From positions 1-18,757 of the forward strand of contig CAZNTG010000014.1 of the NCBI GenBank assembly GCA_964575955.1: a DNA stretch of 18,757 bases, given 5' to 3'. Each line of letters opens with the position of its first letter. Within the stretch, counting starts at the first letter, position 1. Shown here piece by piece: positions 8,409-16,936 of the stretch. The position numbers and the translations under genes were made by a program. The stretch is from an uncultured Thermoproteaceae archaeon. Its GTDB lineage: Archaea; Thermoproteota; Thermoprotei; Thermoproteales; Thermocladiaceae. The notes under the pieces are model-generated. The model searched no databases. It saw only the letters and a program-made list of their open reading frames with translations, and had not been told where the DNA came from.

Positions 8409-8453
8409 TGAAGGTCTACAGCACTGAAATTTGATGATAATGGTCGGGTCTGA
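8405..8453 (+). ncRNA. Box C/D guide sRNA overlapping the rnhB stop codon
   Basis: C GTGATGA 8405-8411, guide AGGTCTACAGCA, D' CTGA 8424-8427, C' TTGATGA 8431-8437, guide TAATGGTCGGGT, D CTGA 8450-8453. Confidence 0.85.
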
Positions 8454-8491
8454 GAAATGTTAATATTTCCAACATATCGAAAAGCTATATC

Positions 8492-9259
8492 ATGAATTTG
8501 ATTGTTCAATATGATAGATATGTTGGTCTTAGTCGTGAAGAACTTTATAATATATTGAAGATCTATGCTGAATCTATAAGTGATGAAAAGATTAGAAATA
8601 TTGTTATTGATCTATTAGAAAATCCTATAATAACATTCACGAGAGTTGAACCGAAGATTAGTATATTTGAATCACCTGCAGCACCTGTAAAACACCACGC
8701 ATATCCAGGAGGACTAATAGACCATACTATCAGTGTTGTTGAACTTTCACTATCTATAGCAAAGACATTTGAGAAAATTTATAACATATCTTCAAATTTA
8801 GATTTAATAGTTGGTGCAGCAATTCTTCACGACTTATTTAAATATTATCAATATGAGCCAGATCCTGTAACTGGCGGTGTACGTCCAAGAAGTGATTGGT
8901 ATCTTAGTCATGAATTTTCTATGATTGCTGAACTTACAAAACGTGGTGCTCCTGATGATCTTATACGTGTGATAGCTGAGACGCATGGTGCTGTTAGTTT
9001 TAGTAAGATTGAAGGTCAGATAGTACATCTTGCAGATAGTATTGATTCACAATTTGCATCACAGATACAGGATATTGTTTGGAGAGTTTGTGTTGATATT
9101 GAGATACAGAGTGATGGTAAGTATAATGCAAAGAAGATATTTAATAAATTAATGAGAGTTAAAAATCTATTTGAACTTGCAAGAATATACTATAAAGATG
9201 GTAGAGAATCATTAAAGAGATGTATTGTAGAATCACTAAACCTTGATATAAACATATAG
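8492..9259 (+). CDS. HD-domain phosphohydrolase (YhaM-like HD domain)
   Basis: PAA..HHAYPGGLIDHT, AILHDLFK, H...HG, HLAD. Confidence 0.88.
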   Translation: MNLIVQYDRYVGLSREELYNILKIYAESISDEKIRNIVIDLLENPIITFTRVEPKISIFESPAAPVKHHAYPGGLIDHTISVVELSLSIAKTFEKIYNISSNLDLIVGAAILHDLFKYYQYEPDPVTGGVRPRSDWYLSHEFSMIAELTKRGAPDDLIRVIAETHGAVSFSKIEGQIVHLADSIDSQFASQIQDIVWRVCVDIEIQSDGKYNAKKIFNKLMRVKNLFELARIYYKDGRESLKRCIVESLNLDINI

Positions 9260-9299
9260 AGACAAGGTTTAAATATCTCTAAAACATTTAAGTTAATAC

Positions 9300-9776
9300 A
9301 TGTCAAGTAAGCAGTCAAGTTCAAGTGAGGGTAAAACAGGATGGCCAACTCCACCAGTAATACCACAGGAAGAGTGGAAGAACTATAGGTATAGAGGATA
9401 CACATTTGAAGAACTTCTAAAAATGCCTATGGAAGAATTCATAAAGTTACTACCTGCAAGACAGAGAAGATCATTAATGCGTGGATTAAAGCCTGAACAT
9501 AGAAAGCTTCTTGAGAAGATTAGAAAGGCTAAGAAACTCATGGCTGAAGGTAAGAAGGTTGTCATTAAGACTCATTGTAGAGATATGATCATATTACCAG
9601 AGATGGTTGGATTAACAATACATGTATATAATGGAATAACATACATACCAGTATACATATCACCATGGCATATAGGTCACTATCTTGGAGAATTTGCTCT
9701 CACATGTAAGATAGTGCAACATGGAGAGCCAGGACTTAAAGCTACTAGAAGTACACTACACGTTGCAGCAAAGTAG
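9300..9776 (+). CDS. rps19p: 30S ribosomal protein uS19
   Basis: [48 protein letters not shown]; TTTAAA TATA ~9268-9273 upstream (leaderless). Confidence 0.97.
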   Translation: MSSKQSSSSEGKTGWPTPPVIPQEEWKNYRYRGYTFEELLKMPMEEFIKLLPARQRRSLMRGLKPEHRKLLEKIRKAKKLMAEGKKVVIKTHCRDMIILPEMVGLTIHVYNGITYIPVYISPWHIGHYLGEFALTCKIVQHGEPGLKATRSTLHVAAK

Positions 9777-9847
9777 TACTATCACAATACCTACAAGTTT
9801 TATATAGTTCCTAACCAGTTTTAAACCTATTCTAGAAACCTAATATA

Positions 9848-10999
9848 ATGTCACCTCAAATTAATAGAAAGATAGGATTTATTGTAGCTACAATAATAGC
9901 AGCTGTAATAATATGTGTATCAGCAATAGTCGTATATTATAGCAACACGCTCAAAACTTCACATATTTCAAAATCTAGAATACCATCATTAATAGAGCAA
10001 AATAAGACTAAGACTACACAGATAGAGCATAAACATAGAGCAAAATCATGTCTAGCTGGAATTTTGATATATAATGTAAGTAGAGCAAAGCTAAACTTCA
10101 TACTAAATATATCACACTACTTTGGAATTGTAGCACATAGAGGATCAGGAACAGTGTATGTAATATTTTTTGTCAGTCCAACATGTCCCTTCTGTAAGAC
10201 TGAGATATTAGCACTATACAAAGATATTCTTAATGGAAACTTTACAGGTAATCCAACTATAATAGTATTTCCAGTACCTGAACATGGATTACCAGATGTT
10301 TTGAATGTAGCAACGCTACTATGCATACTTAACAAGTATGGTAATGACACCGCATTTAGAGCATTAATCGATATGTACCATAGGTATTATACACAGAGAG
10401 ACAATATATACAATATATACTATCCAAACATTGTTAATATATGTAAAATCTTCAACGTAAGTTTAGATAAATGTATAGGATTTAAGAATATGACTATAGT
10501 GTATAGAAAGGTAAGTCAAGGTTCAATAAATCTATATGCATCATTTATAAACTGTACAAAAGAGTTTTATGAGAAATGTATAAACGAGACTAAGAATTCT
10601 ACAAAATGTATACAAATGTGCTATGCAGGAATATATATGAAAATTTCAAATAGCATAAGTAGGCTGTATAATAAGCTTAAGACAGAGAATGTAACAGTTC
10701 AAGATTTTACTAGTGATAACATGTTTATTAAATCTATAAAATCAGACTTAGCATGGTTTTATATAAACAAGATTTTAGGTAAAATTGATCTACGCGAGCT
10801 TGGTACACCTGAGATAATGTACATAAATGTTAAGAAGAGAGAAGTGTTAGTATATATTGGTCTTCAAATCCCGTTTTCAGAATATTCTAAGTATAGTAGT
10901 GAGATTTGGAGCGTAGTTGTGCCCAAGAGTATTGTGCCTAGAGAGATTAGGAATATAATCTATAACACATTTACAGGATGTTTAGATGTTGTAGAATGA
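9848..10999 (+). CDS. Membrane-anchored extracellular thioredoxin-fold (DsbA/DsbG-like) protein
   Basis: N-terminal basic residues plus a TM helix, FVSPTCPFC active site, late GTP cis-Pro motif, many N-x-S/T sequons. Confidence 0.75.
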   Translation: MSPQINRKIGFIVATIIAAVIICVSAIVVYYSNTLKTSHISKSRIPSLIEQNKTKTTQIEHKHRAKSCLAGILIYNVSRAKLNFILNISHYFGIVAHRGSGTVYVIFFVSPTCPFCKTEILALYKDILNGNFTGNPTIIVFPVPEHGLPDVLNVATLLCILNKYGNDTAFRALIDMYHRYYTQRDNIYNIYYPNIVNICKIFNVSLDKCIGFKNMTIVYRKVSQGSINLYASFINCTKEFYEKCINETKNSTKCIQMCYAGIYMKISNSISRLYNKLKTENVTVQDFTSDNMFIKSIKSDLAWFYINKILGKIDLRELGTPEIMYINVKKREVLVYIGLQIPFSEYSKYSSEIWSVVVPKSIVPREIRNIIYNTFTGCLDVVE

Positions 11000-11008
11000 T
11001 TTAGTATA

Positions 11009-12487
11009 TTAGTATCTTAATGCTATTCTAAGTAGTGTATTAGCCCTTTCTCCACATATTGGATCTCTAAGATCTTTAATTTCACTACTAACATCTTTAT
11101 CTATTGGTGTTCCAAGTGCGTCTGAATCTGTAAGTTCCTGTATCTTTAATCCACATTCTTTTCTACCACACCACGGTATTTCAACTATGTTACCCTTATC
11201 TACAAGTTCTTTTGCTTCCTCTATTTTTGATACTAACTTTATTCTACTTGTGAGGAAGTTCCATGCTTCTTGTCTAAGGTTTTCTATAACTTTATTGAAT
11301 AGGTATTTTAATGCTTCTATAAGTTCCGTTCTATCTACTTCATATTTTTCAAATGTGTCTCTTCTAACTACTGTAACTTTTCTACTTTCAATATCTTTTG
11401 GCCCAATTTCTATTCTTATAGGCACGCCTTTAAGTTCCCAGTAGTAGTATTTCCATCCTGGTGTTTTATCTTCTCTATCATCTACTACAGCTCTTATATT
11501 ACTACTCTTCAATTCTTCAAGTATTTTGTATGCTTCTTCTCTAACCTTCTCTTTGACTTCTTTATACATTATTGGTATGATTACTACCTGTATTGGTGCT
11601 ATGTTTGGAGGTATACATAGTCCTCTATCATCTCCATGTAATGCAAGCATTGCAGCTATAGATCTCTCAGATATTCCGTAACATGTCATGTGTACATAAT
11701 CTCTCTTACCATCAGGTTTGAGATACATAACTTCAAAAACTTTTGAGAAGTTTGTACCTAGATAGTGTATTGTACCTATCTGAAGTGTCTTACCGTCAGG
11801 CATTATTGTATCAAAAGCTATTGTATATACAGCACCTGGAAACTTATCCCATTCAGGTCTTATAGATATTATATATGGTACACATAGTTGATCAAAATAT
11901 CTCTTATATATTTCCAATGCTTCTCTAATCTGTCTTTCAGCATCTTCACGATCTGCATGAAATGTATGTGCTTCTTTAAACATTGATATCTCTCTAAGTC
12001 TAATCATGGGATGTGTCATCTTTGTTTCAGCTCTAAACACATTAACTATTTGATATATCTTGAATGGTAGATCTTTATGATCATAAATCCAATTTTTAAC
12101 CATTGGGTATATAGCAGTCTCACTAGTTGGTCTTAATATAAGTCTCTCTTCACCACTAAGACCTTTAGTTACCCAAAATACTTCCTGTTCAAAATTTCTA
12201 AAATGTTCAGCTTCTTTAGAGAAGAATTCTTGTGGTATAAATACAGGAAATTTAACCTCTTCATGACCAGTCTCATCGAGAAGTTTTCTTAATAAATCTT
12301 CAACATTTCTCCTAATCTTCATACCATATGGTCTCCATACATAACAACCCTTTACAGGATATCTAAAATCATAAATCTCACTCTCCATTATAACACTATT
12401 AAACCATTCTATGAAGTTTCTCCACTTTTCTCTAGGTCTACTCTGTCTCTCTCGAACAATTCGTAGTGATTCAATTTGTGTGGCAAT
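11009..12487 (-). CDS. proS: Prolyl-tRNA synthetase, archaeal/eukaryotic type (start uncertain)
   Basis: [56 protein letters not shown] and terminal Tyr. The ORF-track start at 12604 lies inside the upstream gene. Confidence 0.95.
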   Translation of the reverse strand: MATQIESLRIVRERQSRPREKWRNFIEWFNSVIMESEIYDFRYPVKGCYVWRPYGMKIRRNVEDLLRKLLDETGHEEVKFPVFIPQEFFSKEAEHFRNFEQEVFWVTKGLSGEERLILRPTSETAIYPMVKNWIYDHKDLPFKIYQIVNVFRAETKMTHPMIRLREISMFKEAHTFHADREDAERQIREALEIYKRYFDQLCVPYIISIRPEWDKFPGAVYTIAFDTIMPDGKTLQIGTIHYLGTNFSKVFEVMYLKPDGKRDYVHMTCYGISERSIAAMLALHGDDRGLCIPPNIAPIQVVIIPIMYKEVKEKVREEAYKILEELKSSNIRAVVDDREDKTPGWKYYYWELKGVPIRIEIGPKDIESRKVTVVRRDTFEKYEVDRTELIEALKYLFNKVIENLRQEAWNFLTSRIKLVSKIEEAKELVDKGNIVEIPWCGRKECGLKIQELTDSDALGTPIDKDVSSEIKDLRDPICGERANTLLRIALRY

Positions 12488-12517
12488 AAGTATCCCCTGA
12501 TTTGAGTTTAGATATGT

Positions 12518-12532
12518 TATATAAACTTTTTC
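12518..12532 (-). promoter_or_regulatory. BRE-TATA promoter of proS
   Basis: Minus strand GAAAAAG-TTTATATA; predicts a transcription start near 12495. Confidence 0.6.
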
Positions 12533-13460
12533 AGAAAAGAAATGAAATACTCTCCTCAGGACTAATCTCACTCTCCCTAGATACACAGACAGTAGGTGAT
12601 ACACAAATCTTGCCTCTATCAGGAATTATGAAGAATTTTAAATATCTAATACTTCCTGATCTATCAACAACAGGTACTGTAAGTATATTACCATCAAAAG
12701 TAATCTCATAACTACCTAAGTATGTTAGATTACCATAATTATAAACTTCTATAACAATCTTCTCAAAAATCTTACCATCAACATGATTAAGATCTACACT
12801 AGTATCTACAACATCTATAATAAATCCATACTTTCTAAATATATGCCTCAATGAGAATACTAAAGTTCTAGGATTTATTATGTAGAAGTTTGATATAGAT
12901 TCTACAGATTGTAATACACTTCTCATAATATGCATCAACTCTCCATAATCTAGATTTGATAAATCTTGCTCAATATCAACTCTATACTCAACATTTCTAA
13001 CGTATAGAAGATATATTAAGGATACTGCTTCATATGCAGGATTATTAAACATATCTGTCCAATATCTATACAAATTTATATTCCAATCAAACTCTCTATA
13101 ATATCCATACTCATCTACTATTACTACAAGATTTCTAGCAGATATCTTATTTAAATCTCTCATACTTAGAGTCTCATCACCGTATCTAGACACTACAATT
13201 ATAGTATCGTTATCATGAGCGTTCTCCATTATACTCTTGTACACGTCTACGTGATCTTTACGTATACTTACAATTTCTTTAAATGTTTTAATTGGAATTC
13301 TAGAATATCTAACTAGATCTCCCAATTTTACTCTCCTCTTAGTAACTATGATGTATTTTGATAGTTTAGTAGCTATGTACGCTGTTCTCAATAATACACC
13401 TGCATAGTATATATCTTCAGGATATGTGTAGACTATTGTCAGCATCCGGGTTATCACCAT
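12531..13460 (-). CDS. Degenerate SPOUT (TrmH/SpoU-like) domain plus an uncharacterised C-terminal domain
   Basis: [14 protein letters not shown] resembles SpoU motif 1; LVVIVDEYG and [13 protein letters not shown] resemble eroded motifs 2 and 3. Start may be M6 (13445). Confidence 0.55.
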   Translation of the reverse strand: MVITRMLTIVYTYPEDIYYAGVLLRTAYIATKLSKYIIVTKRRVKLGDLVRYSRIPIKTFKEIVSIRKDHVDVYKSIMENAHDNDTIIVVSRYGDETLSMRDLNKISARNLVVIVDEYGYYREFDWNINLYRYWTDMFNNPAYEAVSLIYLLYVRNVEYRVDIEQDLSNLDYGELMHIMRSVLQSVESISNFYIINPRTLVFSLRHIFRKYGFIIDVVDTSVDLNHVDGKIFEKIVIEVYNYGNLTYLGSYEITFDGNILTVPVVDRSGSIRYLKFFIIPDRGKICVSPTVCVSRESEISPEESISFLF

Positions 13461-13487
13461 CTACTCAGTCTAGGATACCTTCATCAT
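13439..13487 (-). ncRNA. Box C/D guide sRNA at the junction of the two SPOUT-like genes
   Basis: Minus strand: C ATGATGA (13487-13481), guide AGGTATCCTAGA, D' CTGA (13468-13465), C' ATGGTGA (13460-13454), guide TAACCCGGATG, D CTGA (13442-13439). Confidence 0.75.
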
Positions 13488-13916
13488 TTCTTGAAACATT
13501 ACTTCTGTAATTAACATTACTAGACTAGTAACTACATTATAACTCGTTCCCTGTATATTCATTGGAATTCTAACAACCTGAACTCTAGAACTATCAATTT
13601 TTACTAACTCATCCTTAGGTATTCCAATATCTTCAGCACCTACAATGATAGCTATATCACTACTAGATAGATCTACCTCATTAACATATTTATCTCCATA
13701 TGTCTCTAATACAACATACCTGATATTTCCATCATCAATACTCTTATAAGCTTCCTCAATATCTCTATAGTATAGAATACCCTCAATATTTGGAATTTCA
13801 ATATCCTCTCTCTGTATATACATGGGTTTTATATTATTAGCCCTACATATTTGAACAATATCCTCAATATTCTTCAAATTTTTCAATTTATACATTATAA
13901 CATATCTAATTCTCAT
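13470..13916 (-). CDS. Minimal SpoU/TrmH-family SPOUT RNA methyltransferase
   Basis: Motif 2 IIVGAEDIGIP and motif 3 VRIPM...SYNVVTS intact; VLETYG; motif 1 has Gln where Arg is expected. Confidence 0.85.
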   Translation of the reverse strand: MRIRYVIMYKLKNLKNIEDIVQICRANNIKPMYIQREDIEIPNIEGILYYRDIEEAYKSIDDGNIRYVVLETYGDKYVNEVDLSSSDIAIIVGAEDIGIPKDELVKIDSSRVQVVRIPMNIQGTSYNVVTSLVMLITEVMFQEMMKVS

Positions 13917-14698
13917 AAACTAGATATTGTACTTATTGAGTCTAGAATAAACTTAACTCCAAGTATTAGAAAGACAATACTAAACATAAATCTAACAATC
14001 CTTACAGAACTCTTCATAAGTAATTTAGAACCAACTCTAGCACCAATAACTAGTCCAGGCATTATGTAAAATGCTATTAGATAGTTACAACTACCTGATA
14101 TAAGTTTAATAATTGCACTAATGAATGACATCGGTGTAAAGCAGATTAATGATGTACCTATAGCAATTTTGATAGGTATATTGAAACCATAAGATAACAC
14201 AGGAACTAGAATTGAACCTGCACCCATACCTAAAATTCCAACTATAAATCCTGAAAAGATACCTAGCAGAGGTATTACATTGTTTGAATTAAACTTAATA
14301 TTGAATATAGGTACTCTCCTATTAAGATTCTCTAACATAGATCTAGATGATACATATATGAAGTATATCCCTACCAATATCTTCAATATCCATGATACAT
14401 ATCTCAAATATTGAAATATTATTGAACCTAATATCGTACCAACTATTCCAAATGTTGTAATGCTTGGTATTATGTCCCTTTTAAAATTTCTTAATCTTAG
14501 ATGCATTAAACTACTAATAAGACCATTCATGAATACTATTAAGTTTGTAGTACCTATAGCGATGTCTATGGGGAGATTTAGTATAAATGTTAAGAATGGT
14601 AAAACTGCAATACCACCACCAATACCTAGAAAGCTACTTAAGAATCCTGATACTATTCCTATAAGTATAGATTCTAAAATTATTACTGTGATGTTCAT
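13913..14698 (-). CDS. Sulfite exporter TauE/SafE (TSUP) family membrane protein
   Basis: Duplicated GFLSSFLGIGGG..P / GFIVGILGMGAG..VP and AIGT motifs; about 8 TM helices. Confidence 0.9.
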   Translation of the reverse strand: MNITVIILESILIGIVSGFLSSFLGIGGGIAVLPFLTFILNLPIDIAIGTTNLIVFMNGLISSLMHLRLRNFKRDIIPSITTFGIVGTILGSIIFQYLRYVSWILKILVGIYFIYVSSRSMLENLNRRVPIFNIKFNSNNVIPLLGIFSGFIVGILGMGAGSILVPVLSYGFNIPIKIAIGTSLICFTPMSFISAIIKLISGSCNYLIAFYIMPGLVIGARVGSKLLMKSSVRIVRFMFSIVFLILGVKFILDSISTISSL

Positions 14699-14785
14699 AA
14701 AGTTTTGATTTATAGAACATGTTTTTAAATATGTTTTAGTTTTGATTTTTGTATTAAGTATGTTTTGTGTAGTTGTTATTATTCT

Positions 14786-15517
14786 CTATCTGAAGTATTT
14801 ATCCAAACTTTCAATCCCAGCTTCTAGTCTTCTCTTATATTCATTACATAGTTTATGTGCATATAGTATTGGTATTGGCATTTGTGATCTTGTTTTTAAT
14901 AATGATCTAACTATTCTACATGCTGTTTCAAGTGTTATTAAATTTCCAACACTTACATATACATACTTGTTATAGTGTTTTAATGCTCTTCCAATAATAT
15001 CTCCTGTCTCTGGATCTACTATATTACAATAATCTTCATTACAATCTCTCAACTCTCCATATAGTAGAGATTTTGCACATCCTACAGTTGGTACTTTCAT
15101 TACTACTCCAAAATGTGCTGCAATTCCAAGTCTATATGGATGTGCTTTTCCATGACCATCTACTAAAACTACATCAGGTTTTATATTCAATCTTCTATAT
15201 GCCATTATCATAGGTCTCAACTCTCTTAAAGATAGTAGTGTAGGTATGTATGGAAATTCTATCTTCGTAACTATGCATGCTCTATCTATCAATTTTCCAT
15301 CTATGTCACATACAGCAGCACATGCAATACCATATTCTCCATCTTTAGAATATCTATATGCTAGATCTATTCCACATACCTTCTCAATCCTAGTTAATGT
15401 ATCTACTTCCTGAATTCTCTCTGATAGTATTTTCTGCATATTTCTAAGCTTTTCAAGACTATAATCTTTCGGTAATCTAGACTTTGCAATTATGTCAAAC
15501 TTCCTTCTATTTTTCAT
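14786..15517 (-). CDS. nfi: Endonuclease V
   Basis: GIDLAY, FPYIPTLLSLRE, VDGHG.AHP..GIA.H.G, GCAKS, YVSVG, P.PI..AH. Confidence 0.95.
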   Translation of the reverse strand: MKNRRKFDIIAKSRLPKDYSLEKLRNMQKILSERIQEVDTLTRIEKVCGIDLAYRYSKDGEYGIACAAVCDIDGKLIDRACIVTKIEFPYIPTLLSLRELRPMIMAYRRLNIKPDVVLVDGHGKAHPYRLGIAAHFGVVMKVPTVGCAKSLLYGELRDCNEDYCNIVDPETGDIIGRALKHYNKYVYVSVGNLITLETACRIVRSLLKTRSQMPIPILYAHKLCNEYKRRLEAGIESLDKYFR

Positions 15518-16134
15518 TCCTTATCACTCTCTTCAAAAACTTCTCTATAAACTTTCAATCTTGCAATCATTAGATCAGCTCTAGTTATCTCAACCATCTT
15601 CCTTATAAAATCAACCTTACCTCTAAGACCTGGAACTAATGCATCAGGTATAACTATTAGAGATAGATTTTCATAAATCTCCTCCATATATTTAAATATC
15701 TTCTCAGCATACTTTAAATCACCATTTCTCAAACTATCGACAACAATTCTTCTAAGTTCACCAACAACATCACCTAAACCTAAGAGATATGGTACTACCT
15801 CGACATTTAACTCATCTATTGTTGGTATTCTATCTCTACAAACTATCTCATAAAGTATCTTCGCTTCAACATACTCAGTTAATGGTCCATATATTAGTCC
15901 ACTATAGTATAGTTGTGGATATTTTTTAACTTCTTCAATTATCTTCTTAATAATATCTTCAAGCTTTTCTAATTTATTTTTAGCTTCTTCAATATTTTTC
16001 TTATGTATTGAATGTATTATCTCTCTTGACATTTTTACAATATCTCTACTCTCTTTAATAACTCTATCTCTAACATCTTCTAAAATTTTCAATTCCTTCT
16101 CTATATTCTCGATAGTTTCTCTTAACATCAACAT
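15514..16134 (-). CDS. Translin-family protein
   Basis: RD..IK.SRDI, EYVEA, YLLGLGDVVGELRR, LRGKVD; stop overlaps the nfi start (ATGA). Confidence 0.9.
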   Translation of the reverse strand: MLMLRETIENIEKELKILEDVRDRVIKESRDIVKMSREIIHSIHKKNIEEAKNKLEKLEDIIKKIIEEVKKYPQLYYSGLIYGPLTEYVEAKILYEIVCRDRIPTIDELNVEVVPYLLGLGDVVGELRRIVVDSLRNGDLKYAEKIFKYMEEIYENLSLIVIPDALVPGLRGKVDFIRKMVEITRADLMIARLKVYREVFEESDKE

Positions 16135-16180
16135 GTCTTTAAGATTAAATAAGGCTTAAGAATTTTGTACATATAGATAC

Positions 16181-16242
16181 CTAACCGCCCTGAGAACCCC
16201 GAGAAAGGGGTATCTATGAGGGGTCTGGACTTGCCCCCCGCA
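16181..16242 (+). ncRNA. Non-canonical H/ACA-like pseudouridylation guide (K-turn hairpin plus long 3' guide)
   Basis: Stem GCCCT/GGGGT, K-turn GA (16192-93) / TAT-GA (16215-19), apical ACCCC/GGGGT, then CTGGACTTGCCCCCCGC complementary to crenarchaeal 16S GCGGGGGGCAAGUCUGG; GCA at 16240-42 in the ACA position. Confidence 0.75.
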
Positions 16243-16719
16243 TTATTGTTCTACAATTTCAAATTCTGCAATTGCACCATCCTCAGTTATGTACGGGTAC
16301 CTCTTAGTAAATTTAGCATTTAAAAATATTCTAGGACCCATAGCTAACAATATCATCAATACCCAAGGGCATAGATGTTCTTTTCTACTCATTCTAGAGT
16401 GTAGTTGTCTTGCAAGTACACATCCAACTACATGTATTGTTAATATATTTCCATTTCTCTTAATTTGAATATCTTGAACTATCTTAGCCTTCTTCAAACT
16501 ATCTTTCAATCTATCAACACCTAGATTTAGAAGATCTTTAACACATGGACAATCACCAAATATGTCTCTAACAAGTTTAAGCATCTTAATACCATAGACT
16601 AGAGGTAACGTACTTACAATCTCCTCTAACGCATACACAAATATACATCTAACACATAGTAGAGATAGTAGTACCCTATAGTCAATTATGTCACCTCCCG
16701 ATCCACTAGACATAAACAC
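16243..16719 (-). CDS. Hypothetical protein with a 4VR/MetOD-like Cys pattern
   Basis: 158-aa ORF; IHVVGCVLA...HLCPW and terminal AEFEI recall 4VR-like ligand-binding domains (weak). Confidence 0.55.
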   Translation of the reverse strand: MFMSSGSGGDIIDYRVLLSLLCVRCIFVYALEEIVSTLPLVYGIKMLKLVRDIFGDCPCVKDLLNLGVDRLKDSLKKAKIVQDIQIKRNGNILTIHVVGCVLARQLHSRMSRKEHLCPWVLMILLAMGPRIFLNAKFTKRYPYITEDGAIAEFEIVEQ

Positions 16720-16821
16720 ACATAATCACCTTAAAAAGATCAACAAAGTACCACACTAAAAATAGTCATAAATATGTCAACAGATACCAAATAAAGATGA
16801 ACAGAGAAACACTTAAAAATA

Positions 16822-16835
16822 GAAAACCTTAAAAA
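16822..16835 (+). promoter_or_regulatory. BRE-TATA promoter of tRNA-Asp
   Basis: GAAAAC-CTTAAAAA ending ~24 nt before the tRNA. Confidence 0.6.
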
Positions 16836-16858
16836 GGCGTAGACAATAAAGAGAACAA

Positions 16859-16936
16859 GCCCCGGTAGTATAGCCTGGCCCAGTATGCGGGCCTGTCGAG
16901 CCCGTGACCCGGGTTCAAATCCCGGCCGGGGCGCCA
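16859..16936 (+). tRNA. tRNA-Asp (GTC), intronless, encoded CCA
   Basis: Acceptor GCCCCGG/CCGGGGC, anticodon arm CGGGC-CTGTCGA-GCCCG (GTC 16895-16897), T arm CCGGG-TTCAAAT-CCCGG, G73, CCA 16934-16936. Confidence 0.98.

Noticed and set aside
14700-14786. Strongly T/G-skewed intergenic tract (A/C-skewed equivalents near 60-165 and 16720-16858)
   Set aside because: No repeat unit or structure; ordinary low-complexity intergenic skew.
501-14975. Short antisense ORFs (e.g. 501..689, 2257..2454, 4091..4432, 7910..8095, 11187..11444, 14460..14708)
   Set aside because: Shadows of well-supported genes on the opposite strand; no motifs.
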